Both the position numbers and the translations under genes were made by a program. Of a stretch of DNA of 48,285 bases, positions 19,891 to 29,425 are shown in pieces. The stretch is from sequence record SRR22947725_3492; one strand, written 5' to 3'. The number at the start of each line of letters is the position of its first letter. Position 1 is the stretch's first letter. The notes under the pieces were generated by a model that was given only the letters and a program-made list of their open reading frames with translations, did not search any database and was not told the origin of the DNA.

Positions 19891-19905
19891 TTCCATTATA
19901 TGAAA
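19891..19905. promoter_or_regulatory. Second copy of the putative IclR operator, upstream of the galactoside operon
   Basis: TTCCATTATATGAAA is 14/15 identical to the reverse complement of 5841-5855 (18/20 with the 5-bp flank). Confidence 0.65.
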
Positions 19906-20006
19906 CTTGTCAAAAAAAACATAGTAAATTCAACAATATCACCTTCTGAAAAAAATAATCTATTAAAGTGTAAAATGGCAATATTCATTTATAGGAGATA
20001 AATATC

Positions 20007-20216
20007 ATGGGTATGCCAGGACCATTCGAACTCATTATTATTCTAGTCATTGTGCTTCTTATTTTTGGTGGTAAAAGGCTAAAAAATATTGGTAACGAAC
20101 TTGGAGGCGCTATTAAAGGCTTCAAATCATCTATGAAAGACTCTGAAAAAGAAGACAAAGAAGACATCATTGAGGCAAAGGTTGAAGCTGAAGATGACTC
20201 GTCTGATAAAAAATAA
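20007..20216 (+). CDS. tatA: Sec-independent translocase TatA
   Basis: TM helix, LIFGGKRLKNIG.ELGGAIKGFK, acidic tail and SD AGGAGA. Confidence 0.95.
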   Translation: MGMPGPFELIIILVIVLLIFGGKRLKNIGNELGGAIKGFKSSMKDSEKEDKEDIIEAKVEAEDDSSDKK

Positions 20217-20241
20217 ACGTTTTCTGAAGTATTAAACTAGG

Positions 20242-20541
20242 ATGTTTGATTTTGGCTTCTGGGAAATTGCAATAATTGGGATCATCACTCTAATTGTTGT
20301 AGGTCCAGAGAAAATGCCCTCACTTGCTCGAAAAGCAGGTCTCTACTTTGGTAAATTTAATAAGTTTTTAAATAAAATTAAATCTGACATCAATGAAGAG
20401 CTAAAAGTTGATGAGCTCAAAGAGCAACTCTCCATGGATCAAGAAAAAATATCACTTTCAGAAGTGGTAGAGGAAGTTCAGTCCAGCATTCATTCTCTTG
20501 AAAAAGATAATTTTCTCTCGAAAGAAGAGTTAAAAAAATAA
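20242..20541 (+). CDS. tatB: Sec-independent translocase TatB
   Basis: MFDFGFWE...VVGPEKMP. Confidence 0.93.
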   Translation: MFDFGFWEIAIIGIITLIVVGPEKMPSLARKAGLYFGKFNKFLNKIKSDINEELKVDELKEQLSMDQEKISLSEVVEEVQSSIHSLEKDNFLSKEELKK

Positions 20542-21402
20542 ATGTCTCAGCAAAATAATCCTTCTGAAAAACTTCCACTCGTTCAGCATCTGATTGAGCT
20601 TAGAAGATCACTGCTTAGATCGGTAATCGCAATTGCTATTTTCTTTTTGATACTATTTCCTTTTGCAGATGAAATCTATAACTTTATTGCTGCTCCCATT
20701 GTCCAAGCAATACCAGGCTCTAATTTGATTGCAATTGGGGTTATCTCCCCCTTTTTAACACCTTTGAAAATGTCCTTGATATTAGCTATCTATATTGCAA
20801 TGCCCTTCCTGCTTTATCAACTCTGGATGTTTGTGGCGCCAGCACTTTATCGTCATGAAAAGAGGCTGGTACTGCCCCTTGTCATTTCTTCAACAATCCT
20901 ATTTTATGTGGGACTGGTATTCTCTTTCTATGTTGTTTTCCCAGTCATCTTTGGTTTTTTAGCTGGAGTCGGCCCCGAGTCAGTTAATTTTGCGCCTGAT
21001 ATTCAATATTATTTAGATTTTATTCTTAAAGTGTCTTTCGCTTTTGGTGTCGCCTTCGAGGTTCCAGTTGTGACCATTCTTCTTATTATCTTTGGCGTTA
21101 CCACAGCTGAAAAACTTAAAAAGAATCGCTCTTATATCATTATTGGTTCGTTTGTTCTTGGAATGATATTAACGCCTCCAGACGTCATATCACAATTCCT
21201 TATCGCTATTCCTATCTGGCTTCTATTTGAAGCTGGCTTAGTCTTTTCTGGTTTTTTTAAGATTCGTAATAACCAAAAATCTGCATCCCAGACCCCTTCT
21301 GACAAACTAAAAGACTGGGGGAGTAAATCTCACAATGAAATGATGGACCAAATAGAAGATGAAATGAACGAAAGTGTTGTTGGGAAACAGGATAAAAAAT
21401 AA
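20542..21402 (+). CDS. tatC: Sec-independent translocase TatC
   Basis: PLVQHLIELR, SPFLTPLK, YQLWMFVAPALY, FGVAFEVP and TPPDVISQ. Confidence 0.96.
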   Translation: MSQQNNPSEKLPLVQHLIELRRSLLRSVIAIAIFFLILFPFADEIYNFIAAPIVQAIPGSNLIAIGVISPFLTPLKMSLILAIYIAMPFLLYQLWMFVAPALYRHEKRLVLPLVISSTILFYVGLVFSFYVVFPVIFGFLAGVGPESVNFAPDIQYYLDFILKVSFAFGVAFEVPVVTILLIIFGVTTAEKLKKNRSYIIIGSFVLGMILTPPDVISQFLIAIPIWLLFEAGLVFSGFFKIRNNQKSASQTPSDKLKDWGSKSHNEMMDQIEDEMNESVVGKQDKK

Positions 21403-21418
21403 ATAGAAACCTTTTTAG

Positions 21419-22438
<1,020 letters not shown>

Positions 22439-22499
22439 TCAAATAAAAATAATTCTATAGATATTACTATAAAGGATTAATACTAACAAAAATATTTTT

Positions 22500-23576
22500 T
22501 TAATTTGGGAATTGGCTTTCAATACCTTCGACATAAAACTGCATTCCCATTAAGTCAGCAATTGGAGCAGTCTCACCTTCTCCTAGCCATGGCGTTCCAT
22601 CTTGTTTATTAATTGGCCCAGTAAATGGATCAACTTTTTCCATAGCAAAATCAATGATTGCTTTCATTGCGTCATTCTTAATGTCAGTAGGTATTTTTTG
22701 ATTCATCGGTGCAAACTTAACCATCCCTTGTTTAATCCCTTCAAAAGAATCTGCTGAAGTCCAAGTACCATCCCTAACAGCCTTTACTCGCTCAACATAA
22801 TAAGGACCCCAATCATTAATAATGCCTGTCAGTTGTGCATTTGGGCCCCATTTACGCATATCAGAAGCCTGGCCAAATGCAAATACTCCCTTATCCTCTG
22901 CAGTTGTCATTACAGCAGTCGAAGCAGTATGCTGAAAAAGTACATCTGCGCCTTGAGCAATGAGAGCATTTGCAGCATTTGACTCCTTACCTGGATCAAA
23001 CCATGTATAGACCCATATAATCTTCATCTCAACATTAGGATTAACGGACTTAGCAGCTAGAAAAGCAGAATTAATATCTCTAATTACCTCTGGAATTGGA
23101 AATGATGCAACCCATCCAATAATATTATTCTTTGTCATCCCACCCGCAATTCTCCCTAGAACGTGCCTTCCTTCATAAAATTTAGCTTGGTAGTTTGCCA
23201 CATTCTTAGAAGGCATATAACCAGTTGCATGCTCAAACTTAACATTAGGATAACGCTTTGCAACATTTGCAGTAGGATTCATGTAACCGAATGATGTTGT
23301 AAAAACTATGTCATTTTTTCGAGCAAGACTTGTAATAACGCGTTCAGAGTCTGAATCTTCAGGAACATTCTCTACTTCAGTTATGATCACATCATCACCC
23401 AAAACTTTTTTTAAGTGGATAACTCCATTGTGATGAGCATATGTCCATCCATGATCACCAATTGGGGTTACGTAGACAAAAGCTGCCTTGACCGGAGTTG
23501 CAAAGATATTTGTTGAAATTGACATGAGGGAGGTCAATAGAGAAAACATCAAAGTTCTAATTATTATTTTAGACAT
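22500..23576 (-). CDS. BMP-family ABC substrate-binding protein, purine (paralog 2)
   Basis: Signal peptide, GDHGWTYAH, TTSFGYM, FEHATGY, FPIPEV and WFDP. Paralog of 23668-24750. Confidence 0.92.
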   Translation of the reverse strand: MSKIIIRTLMFSLLTSLMSISTNIFATPVKAAFVYVTPIGDHGWTYAHHNGVIHLKKVLGDDVIITEVENVPEDSDSERVITSLARKNDIVFTTSFGYMNPTANVAKRYPNVKFEHATGYMPSKNVANYQAKFYEGRHVLGRIAGGMTKNNIIGWVASFPIPEVIRDINSAFLAAKSVNPNVEMKIIWVYTWFDPGKESNAANALIAQGADVLFQHTASTAVMTTAEDKGVFAFGQASDMRKWGPNAQLTGIINDWGPYYVERVKAVRDGTWTSADSFEGIKQGMVKFAPMNQKIPTDIKNDAMKAIIDFAMEKVDPFTGPINKQDGTPWLGEGETAPIADLMGMQFYVEGIESQFPN

Positions 23577-23602
23577 ATAAATTTTTTTGTTACGTTATTG
23601 AT

Positions 23603-23644
23603 AAAAAAATCGCGCCTCAAGTATACCCTTGAGACGCGATTTTT
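23603..23644 (-). terminator. Intrinsic terminator hairpin between the two BMP genes
   Basis: Minus strand reads ATCGCGTCTCAAG-GGTATA-CTTGAGGCGCGAT followed by a T run. A G-U pair forms only on the minus strand. Confidence 0.85.
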
Positions 23645-23667
23645 ATTTTAATTAAATGGACTTTTTC

Positions 23668-24750
23668 TTAGTTCGGGTACTTACTGTCAATACCTTCTAC
23701 ATAGAAATCCATAGTTAGTAGATCTGGGTAGTTTGGAGGAGTTTCACCTTCAGCTAACCATGGAGAACCATCTTGCTTATTAATTGGTCCTGTAAATGGA
23801 TGAATAGCACCCATAGACAAGTCGATAATTGCTTTCATAGCTTCATTTTTAACATCAATAGGCATATTTTGGTTCATTGGAGCAAATTTAACCATACCTT
23901 GCTTCACACCATCAAATACGTCAACTGACTCCCAAGTCCCATCTTTTACAGCTTGAACTCTATCAAGGTAGTAAGGACCCCAGTCATCAATGATTCCAGT
24001 TAACTGAGCGTTCATACCCCATTCACGCATATCAGATGCTTGACCAAATGCATGAATACCTTTCTCCTCAGCAACCGTCATTGGAGCAGTAGAGTCAGTA
24101 TGCTGCATTAAGATATCAGCGCCTTGTGCGATTAGAGCATTTGCTGCGTCCGCCTCTTTGCCTGGATCGTACCAAGTGTATACCCAAACGATTTTCATTG
24201 TTACATCAGGGTTAACAGATTTAGCCGCTAAATATGCTGAATTAATACCTCTAATTACTTCAGGAATTGGGAAAGAAGCAATGTAACCAATTACATTATT
24301 CTTTGTCATTCTTCCAGCAATCTTGCCAATAACATGTCTACCCTCATAAAATCTTGCTGAGTAAACTGAAACGTTATCTTCACGCATGTATCCTGTTGCA
24401 TGCTCAAACTTTACATTTGGATAGCGTTTAGCAACTTTAATAGTTGGATTCATGTAACCAAATGACGTTGTAAAAATAATATCATTTTTACGTGCAAGGC
24501 TAGTAATAACACGCTCAGAGTCAGAGTTCTCTTCAACACTCTCCACTGTTGTTATGATTACATCATCACCCATCTTTTCTTTTACATATTTTGCACCTTG
24601 GTCATGTGCAAAAGTCCATCCATGATCTCCTGTTGGACCAATATATACAAAAGCGGCTTTAACAGGATCAGCAGAAACACTCCCAGTGAATGCGAGAACC
24701 ACGCTTAAAATCGAGAGCTTTAAGACACTCGAAAATCTTCGATTAGACAT
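23668..24750 (-). CDS. BMP-family ABC substrate-binding protein, purine (paralog 1)
   Basis: SD AAGGAG, signal peptide, GDHGWT, TTSFGYM, FEHATGY, RFYEGR and QHTDS. Confidence 0.93.
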   Translation of the reverse strand: MSNRRFSSVLKLSILSVVLAFTGSVSADPVKAAFVYIGPTGDHGWTFAHDQGAKYVKEKMGDDVIITTVESVEENSDSERVITSLARKNDIIFTTSFGYMNPTIKVAKRYPNVKFEHATGYMREDNVSVYSARFYEGRHVIGKIAGRMTKNNVIGYIASFPIPEVIRGINSAYLAAKSVNPDVTMKIVWVYTWYDPGKEADAANALIAQGADILMQHTDSTAPMTVAEEKGIHAFGQASDMREWGMNAQLTGIIDDWGPYYLDRVQAVKDGTWESVDVFDGVKQGMVKFAPMNQNMPIDVKNEAMKAIIDLSMGAIHPFTGPINKQDGSPWLAEGETPPNYPDLLTMDFYVEGIDSKYPN

Positions 24751-24822
24751 ACTTTTTCTCCTTTTAGTTATTTAACAAATTTTCTTACTTCTTCTTACTT
24801 TTTACAAAAAAAATTCAGCAAA

Positions 24823-25752
24823 CTAAGTTGTTGAATGAAATATTCTACCCAAACAATTAGGAACTGTGCGATTTGTTTTATTTTTTAACCTCATTCTTAA
24901 ACTAACCAGAATAACAATGGTAGCCAGGTAAGGTAGCATCGATAAGTATTGGGCACTAATCCTAATATCAAAACCCTGTGCATGAAGCTGAAGAACTGTA
25001 ATTCCACCAAATAATACTGCACCTAAGATTACTCTAAACGGCTGCCATGAAGCAAAAACAACCAATCCTATTGCAATCCAACCTCTTCCAGCAGTCATCC
25101 CTTCGCCCCAAATAGGTACCTGAACAAGGGACAAGAAAGCTCCACCAAGTCCAGCCATTGCACCGCCAAATAAAATCGCCATAAAACGATAAAGAACAAC
25201 ATTATGGCCAATAGCATGAGCAGCATCATGATTATCACCTATCGCACGCAAAATTAAACCTTGTTTAGTTTTAAATAAAAACCACCAAACTATATAAACC
25301 ATAAAAAATGCAAGGTAAATAAGTGGATTAAGCGAAAAAAGCGATGGCCCTACATACGGTATTTCAGACAGTATTGGAATATAAATTGGACCAATAAGGT
25401 CGATTGTTACCTCGGTGTACTCTCTTCCAGCAAATGCAGCAAAACCTAATCCAAAAAGAGTTAGTGCTAGTCCAGTCGCTACCTGGTTGGTGAGTAAAAA
25501 TTGAGTTAAAAAAGCGAAAATTGAGGCAATAACCATACCAGCCACAAGTGCTGCAAGAACAGCTAAATAAGCATTATTAGTATGAGATATAACAACGAAA
25601 CCAAGAAGAGCTCCGACAATCATCATACCTTCAACACCCAAGTTTAAAACACCTGAACGCTCAACCAATAGTGCTCCAATAGCAGCAAAAATAAGGGGCG
25701 CTGAAGCAATCATTATTCCAATAAATATTTCAATTAACAAGTTTTCAATCAT
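24823..25752 (-). CDS. Purine/nucleoside ABC transporter permease
   Basis: ERSGVLNLGVEGMM, LRAIGDN, MTAGRGWIA and MLPYL. Confidence 0.93.
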   Translation of the reverse strand: MIENLLIEIFIGIMIASAPLIFAAIGALLVERSGVLNLGVEGMMIVGALLGFVVISHTNNAYLAVLAALVAGMVIASIFAFLTQFLLTNQVATGLALTLFGLGFAAFAGREYTEVTIDLIGPIYIPILSEIPYVGPSLFSLNPLIYLAFFMVYIVWWFLFKTKQGLILRAIGDNHDAAHAIGHNVVLYRFMAILFGGAMAGLGGAFLSLVQVPIWGEGMTAGRGWIAIGLVVFASWQPFRVILGAVLFGGITVLQLHAQGFDIRISAQYLSMLPYLATIVILVSLRMRLKNKTNRTVPNCLGRIFHSTT

Positions 25753-25757
25753 AGTCT

Positions 25758-26828
25758 TTAGTTATTTTTTTTAAAAAGGACAACTTTATATTTAATTAAT
25801 ATGTCGCATGCTAGAAAATAAAAAAGAAGCATACCTTGAAAAATTTGAGTTATTGAGCTCGGTAAATTGTAATCTATTTGAACATTTTCACCTCCCACAT
25901 AACTGAGCGCTATAAGTAGGGCCGAAAATAATATTCCAACGGGATGAAGCCGCGCTAGAAAAGCTACAATAATTGCAGTGAAGCCATAAAATTGAGGCAG
26001 ACCTGGAGCGAGCTGCCCTGCTGGACCTGATGCTTCAAATAAGCCAGCGAGTCCCGCCAAACCTCCAGAGATCAATAAGGAATACCAAACAGTCTTATTA
26101 TCATCAAAACCTGCAAATTTAGCTGCTCGAGGTGCACTTCCAGAGATTTTAATTTGCATTCCAAACATATGCTTCTTTATTCCAAACCAAGCTAAGAATG
26201 AGAGAAGAATGGCTACAATCAAGCCAATATGTAAGCGGGTGCTTTCCCAGATGATAGGCAGCATTGCGCTATCATGAAACATTCGACTTTCTGGAAAATT
26301 AAAGCCTGATGGATTTCTTAAAGGTCCTTGGAGCATAGCTTGTAAAAACAATACAGCGACATAAGTCAACATCAAGGTTACAAGAATTTCATTAACCTGA
26401 TATTTGATACGAAGGAAGGCAGCGATACTTGCATAAAGCATTCCACCAAGTATGCCAGCTATAGCCATCAATGGTAAAAGCCAAAAGCCTTCAACATTAT
26501 AGAAATACAGTCCAACGGCGCCACCCGCAATACCACCCATTACAAATTGACCTTCTGCTCCAATATTCCAAATTCCTGCTCTAAAACCGATCGACAAACC
26601 AAGTCCAATAATCATCAATGGAGTTGCTTTGACTAGGAGCTCAGAGAAATAGTATGAATCCAGAAGAGGCTCAGCAAATAATGTGAAAAATACGCTAGAA
26701 ACTGGAATATCTTCTAAGATAAAAAGGAAGATGACTAATGCAGAGAGTGCAGTAAGTGTAAGCGCAATGATTGGTGATAATATGATCATCGCTTTTGAGT
26801 TTTCTGCTCTTGGAATTAGTTTGATCAT
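25758..26828 (-). CDS. Purine/nucleoside ABC transporter permease
   Basis: WNIGAEGQ, NEILVTLML and YGFTAIIVAFLARLHP. Start moved to the ATG at 26828, which gives an ATGA overlap with the ATPase stop. Confidence 0.92.
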   Translation of the reverse strand: MIKLIPRAENSKAMIILSPIIALTLTALSALVIFLFILEDIPVSSVFFTLFAEPLLDSYYFSELLVKATPLMIIGLGLSIGFRAGIWNIGAEGQFVMGGIAGGAVGLYFYNVEGFWLLPLMAIAGILGGMLYASIAAFLRIKYQVNEILVTLMLTYVAVLFLQAMLQGPLRNPSGFNFPESRMFHDSAMLPIIWESTRLHIGLIVAILLSFLAWFGIKKHMFGMQIKISGSAPRAAKFAGFDDNKTVWYSLLISGGLAGLAGLFEASGPAGQLAPGLPQFYGFTAIIVAFLARLHPVGILFSALLIALSYVGGENVQIDYNLPSSITQIFQGMLLFYFLACDILIKYKVVLFKKNN

Positions 26829-28324
26829 GATTTCTGACCTCCTACCATCAGCTGCGAAATTTTCTCTAGGCCACCTTTTTTCATATCGACTGCATCTGAA
26901 AGACAACCCTCTGAAAGGACATGAATTTGTTCACATAGACTTAAAATTTCATCCAAATCTTGAGAGATAATTAAAACTGCAGACCCTTGATCTGCCAGCG
27001 ATATCAAAGATTGATGAATGTTGTTGGCTGACCCTGCGTCAACGCCCCATGTTGGCTGAGCAACAATGATAAGCTTTGGTTTTCTAATGAGCTCCCTTCC
27101 CACCATAAATTTCTGTAAATTTCCACCAGACAGAGACTTGGCAAGCATTCTACTTGAGGGAGTTTGAACATCAAAGTCACTTATAACTTGTTCTGAAAAG
27201 CTACTAACGGCCTTCCAATCTATAACACCATTCGATGTCATCCCTTCAGACTCTGGTCGACTCAATAACATATTCTCATCAAGAGTCATATCTGGAACGG
27301 CGCCATGACCTAGTCGCTCCTCAGGAACAAAAAACATCGAAAGTTGTCTTCTTTCGTGCGAGTTTAGTGAGCCAATGTCTTCGCCATCAAAGGTCAAAAC
27401 ATTGTCTTCAGATGACTTTTCACCTATGAGAAGTTCCATTAATTCGTCTTGCCCATTTCCCGCAACTCCTGCAATTCCAACGATACTTCCTTGTTTCATT
27501 GTTAAAGAGATATCATGCAAATGAACGCCATACATGTCGTCACTTTTACGACTTAAATTTTTAATTGAGAAGATATCTGAACCAATATTAATATTACTTC
27601 TAGCCAATTCTGTTAGTTTTTTTCCAATCATCATTTCAGCGAGCTCTTTTTGGGTGTGCTCTTGTGGAATGCAGCTTTGGACTAACTTTCCTCCTCTCAA
27701 GATAGTAGCTTCACTACAGATCTCGCGAACCTCTTCAAGTTTGTGAGAAATATACAAAATAGCACAACCATCATCAGCGAGTTTCTTAAGGGTCACAAAG
27801 AGATCGGAAACTTCCTGTGGGGTTAAAACAGAAGTGGGTTCATCCATAATGAGAAGCTTCGGATTTTGAATTAGACATCGAATAATTTCAACTCTCTGGC
27901 GCTCACCTACAGAGAGGTCTCCAACAACTTGTTGGGGATTAACATCGAGGCCATATTGCTTTGAGTATTTTAAGATCTCATCTTTAAAGTTTTCATTAAG
28001 ACCCACTTTATCAAGGCCCAAGATAATGTTTTCTTCAACCGTCAGGGACTCAAATAAAGAGAAATGCTGGAACACCATTGCAATGCCATTCTCTCTGGCC
28101 TCAAAAGGACTCTTTGGACTGTACTTCTCACCAGCCCATTTCATCTGACCTGCATCTGGCATCAAGGAGCCATAGATAATCTTTACTAGGGTGGATTTAC
28201 CTGCGCCATTCTCCCCAAGCAGTGCGTGAATGGATGAACTCTTAATACTTAAAGAGACATCGTCATTCGCCTTAAGGTCTCCATAAGATTTAGTGATATT
28301 TGAAATTTCTAATTGATACTTCAT
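26825..28324 (-). CDS. Purine/nucleoside ABC transporter ATP-binding protein (two ABC domains)
   Basis: GENGAGKST, MVFQHFSL, LSVGERQRVEI, MDEPTSVLTP, LSGGNLQK and QPTWGVD. Confidence 0.95.
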   Translation of the reverse strand: MKYQLEISNITKSYGDLKANDDVSLSIKSSSIHALLGENGAGKSTLVKIIYGSLMPDAGQMKWAGEKYSPKSPFEARENGIAMVFQHFSLFESLTVEENIILGLDKVGLNENFKDEILKYSKQYGLDVNPQQVVGDLSVGERQRVEIIRCLIQNPKLLIMDEPTSVLTPQEVSDLFVTLKKLADDGCAILYISHKLEEVREICSEATILRGGKLVQSCIPQEHTQKELAEMMIGKKLTELARSNINIGSDIFSIKNLSRKSDDMYGVHLHDISLTMKQGSIVGIAGVAGNGQDELMELLIGEKSSEDNVLTFDGEDIGSLNSHERRQLSMFFVPEERLGHGAVPDMTLDENMLLSRPESEGMTSNGVIDWKAVSSFSEQVISDFDVQTPSSRMLAKSLSGGNLQKFMVGRELIRKPKLIIVAQPTWGVDAGSANNIHQSLISLADQGSAVLIISQDLDEILSLCEQIHVLSEGCLSDAVDMKKGGLEKISQLMVGGQKS

Positions 28325-29415
28325 GATAATTCAGATTGTTTTTTATTTTCAATAAAATTAATCAAATCCATTGCTATTGTTATGGCAATAGAGGTGGGTG
28401 ATTTTAAAAGTTTCTGTTTTTCACCAATCGGACAAGTAAATTTATCAATTACATCCTTTGAATAATTTTTTTGAGCAAAACGATCTCTAAATTTTCTCCC
28501 CTTAATCGATGAACCAATCATACCCAAATAACTAAAGTTATTTTGAATAATCATCTTCTCACAAATTTCAAAATCAATTTGATGGCTATAAGTAATAACC
28601 AAGGTATAAATCTCATTTGGTAAATCCGCCATACTAGTCAGAAAGTCATCACAAATAATATTAATTTGAGAGGTATCACCAACATATTGATCAAACTGCT
28701 CCTGTCTATCATCGATCCAATACAACTTAATTGGAAGGTTGATTATTATGGGCATCAACGCTCTAGAGATATGGCCCGCCCCAAAGACGACCACTGGCAA
28801 AACCTCGCTCGAGTTGACTTTCTCAAGTAAAACTTGAGCCTTAGTCTCTGAGTCATCCTCAAATTCAACGATAGTTGGGCTTTGAGCGCTCTGCATCAAA
28901 TTTGAAGCGCTTTCCTCTATAAAGTTTGATAATTTTTTATTACTAAGAGAGGAGTAAAAATTGTTGTTTGTGTAAATACACTTTTGAGTACTTGAGTGAT
29001 TTTTTTTATCAATATCAATGATTGTTGCCAAAATAAAATCTTCGCCCTTTTTATAGAGAGCTGATACTTGTTCAATCCACGAATTATTATGACTTAAGTC
29101 TTCATCATCGTCTATAAAGCTTTCAAATAACACCTTAACATAGCCGCCACAACATTGCCCCAATGTTGCGCCTAGTGGATACTTGACGAGTTGCCGAGTA
29201 TTCATTTTTTGACCTAACATCTCTTTAGCAAATGCAAGCGATTTAAACTCTAGATTGCCACCACCAATACTCCCAAATGAATTCTCATTCTTCGTGAAAA
29301 CAATCTTGTCTCCATTCGTACATGGCGTTGAACCTTTTGTAGCAATAATGGTCAATAAAACAAACCCATTATTCAATGAAATTTCTGTTTTTACAGGGTC
29401 AAGCCAACTATCCAT
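28321..29415 (-). CDS. xdhC: Xanthine dehydrogenase accessory protein
   Basis: KGSTP, GSIGGGNLE, LGATLGQCCGG, VFGAGH, TYSH, GMIGS and CPIG. Confidence 0.92.
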   Translation of the reverse strand: MDSWLDPVKTEISLNNGFVLLTIIATKGSTPCTNGDKIVFTKNENSFGSIGGGNLEFKSLAFAKEMLGQKMNTRQLVKYPLGATLGQCCGGYVKVLFESFIDDDEDLSHNNSWIEQVSALYKKGEDFILATIIDIDKKNHSSTQKCIYTNNNFYSSLSNKKLSNFIEESASNLMQSAQSPTIVEFEDDSETKAQVLLEKVNSSEVLPVVVFGAGHISRALMPIIINLPIKLYWIDDRQEQFDQYVGDTSQINIICDDFLTSMADLPNEIYTLVITYSHQIDFEICEKMIIQNNFSYLGMIGSSIKGRKFRDRFAQKNYSKDVIDKFTCPIGEKQKLLKSPTSIAITIAMDLINFIENKKQSELS

Positions 29416-29425
29416 ATCTTTCTGC

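Noticed and set aside
22500-24750. DNA similarity between two segments as a possible mobile repeat or assembly artefact
   Set aside because: Many third-position and amino-acid differences show a genuine diverged gene duplication.
24782-24800. Direct repeat TTCTTACTT, two copies, upstream of BMP paralog 1
   Set aside because: It is short, low-complexity and in AT-rich DNA, and I found no other copy.
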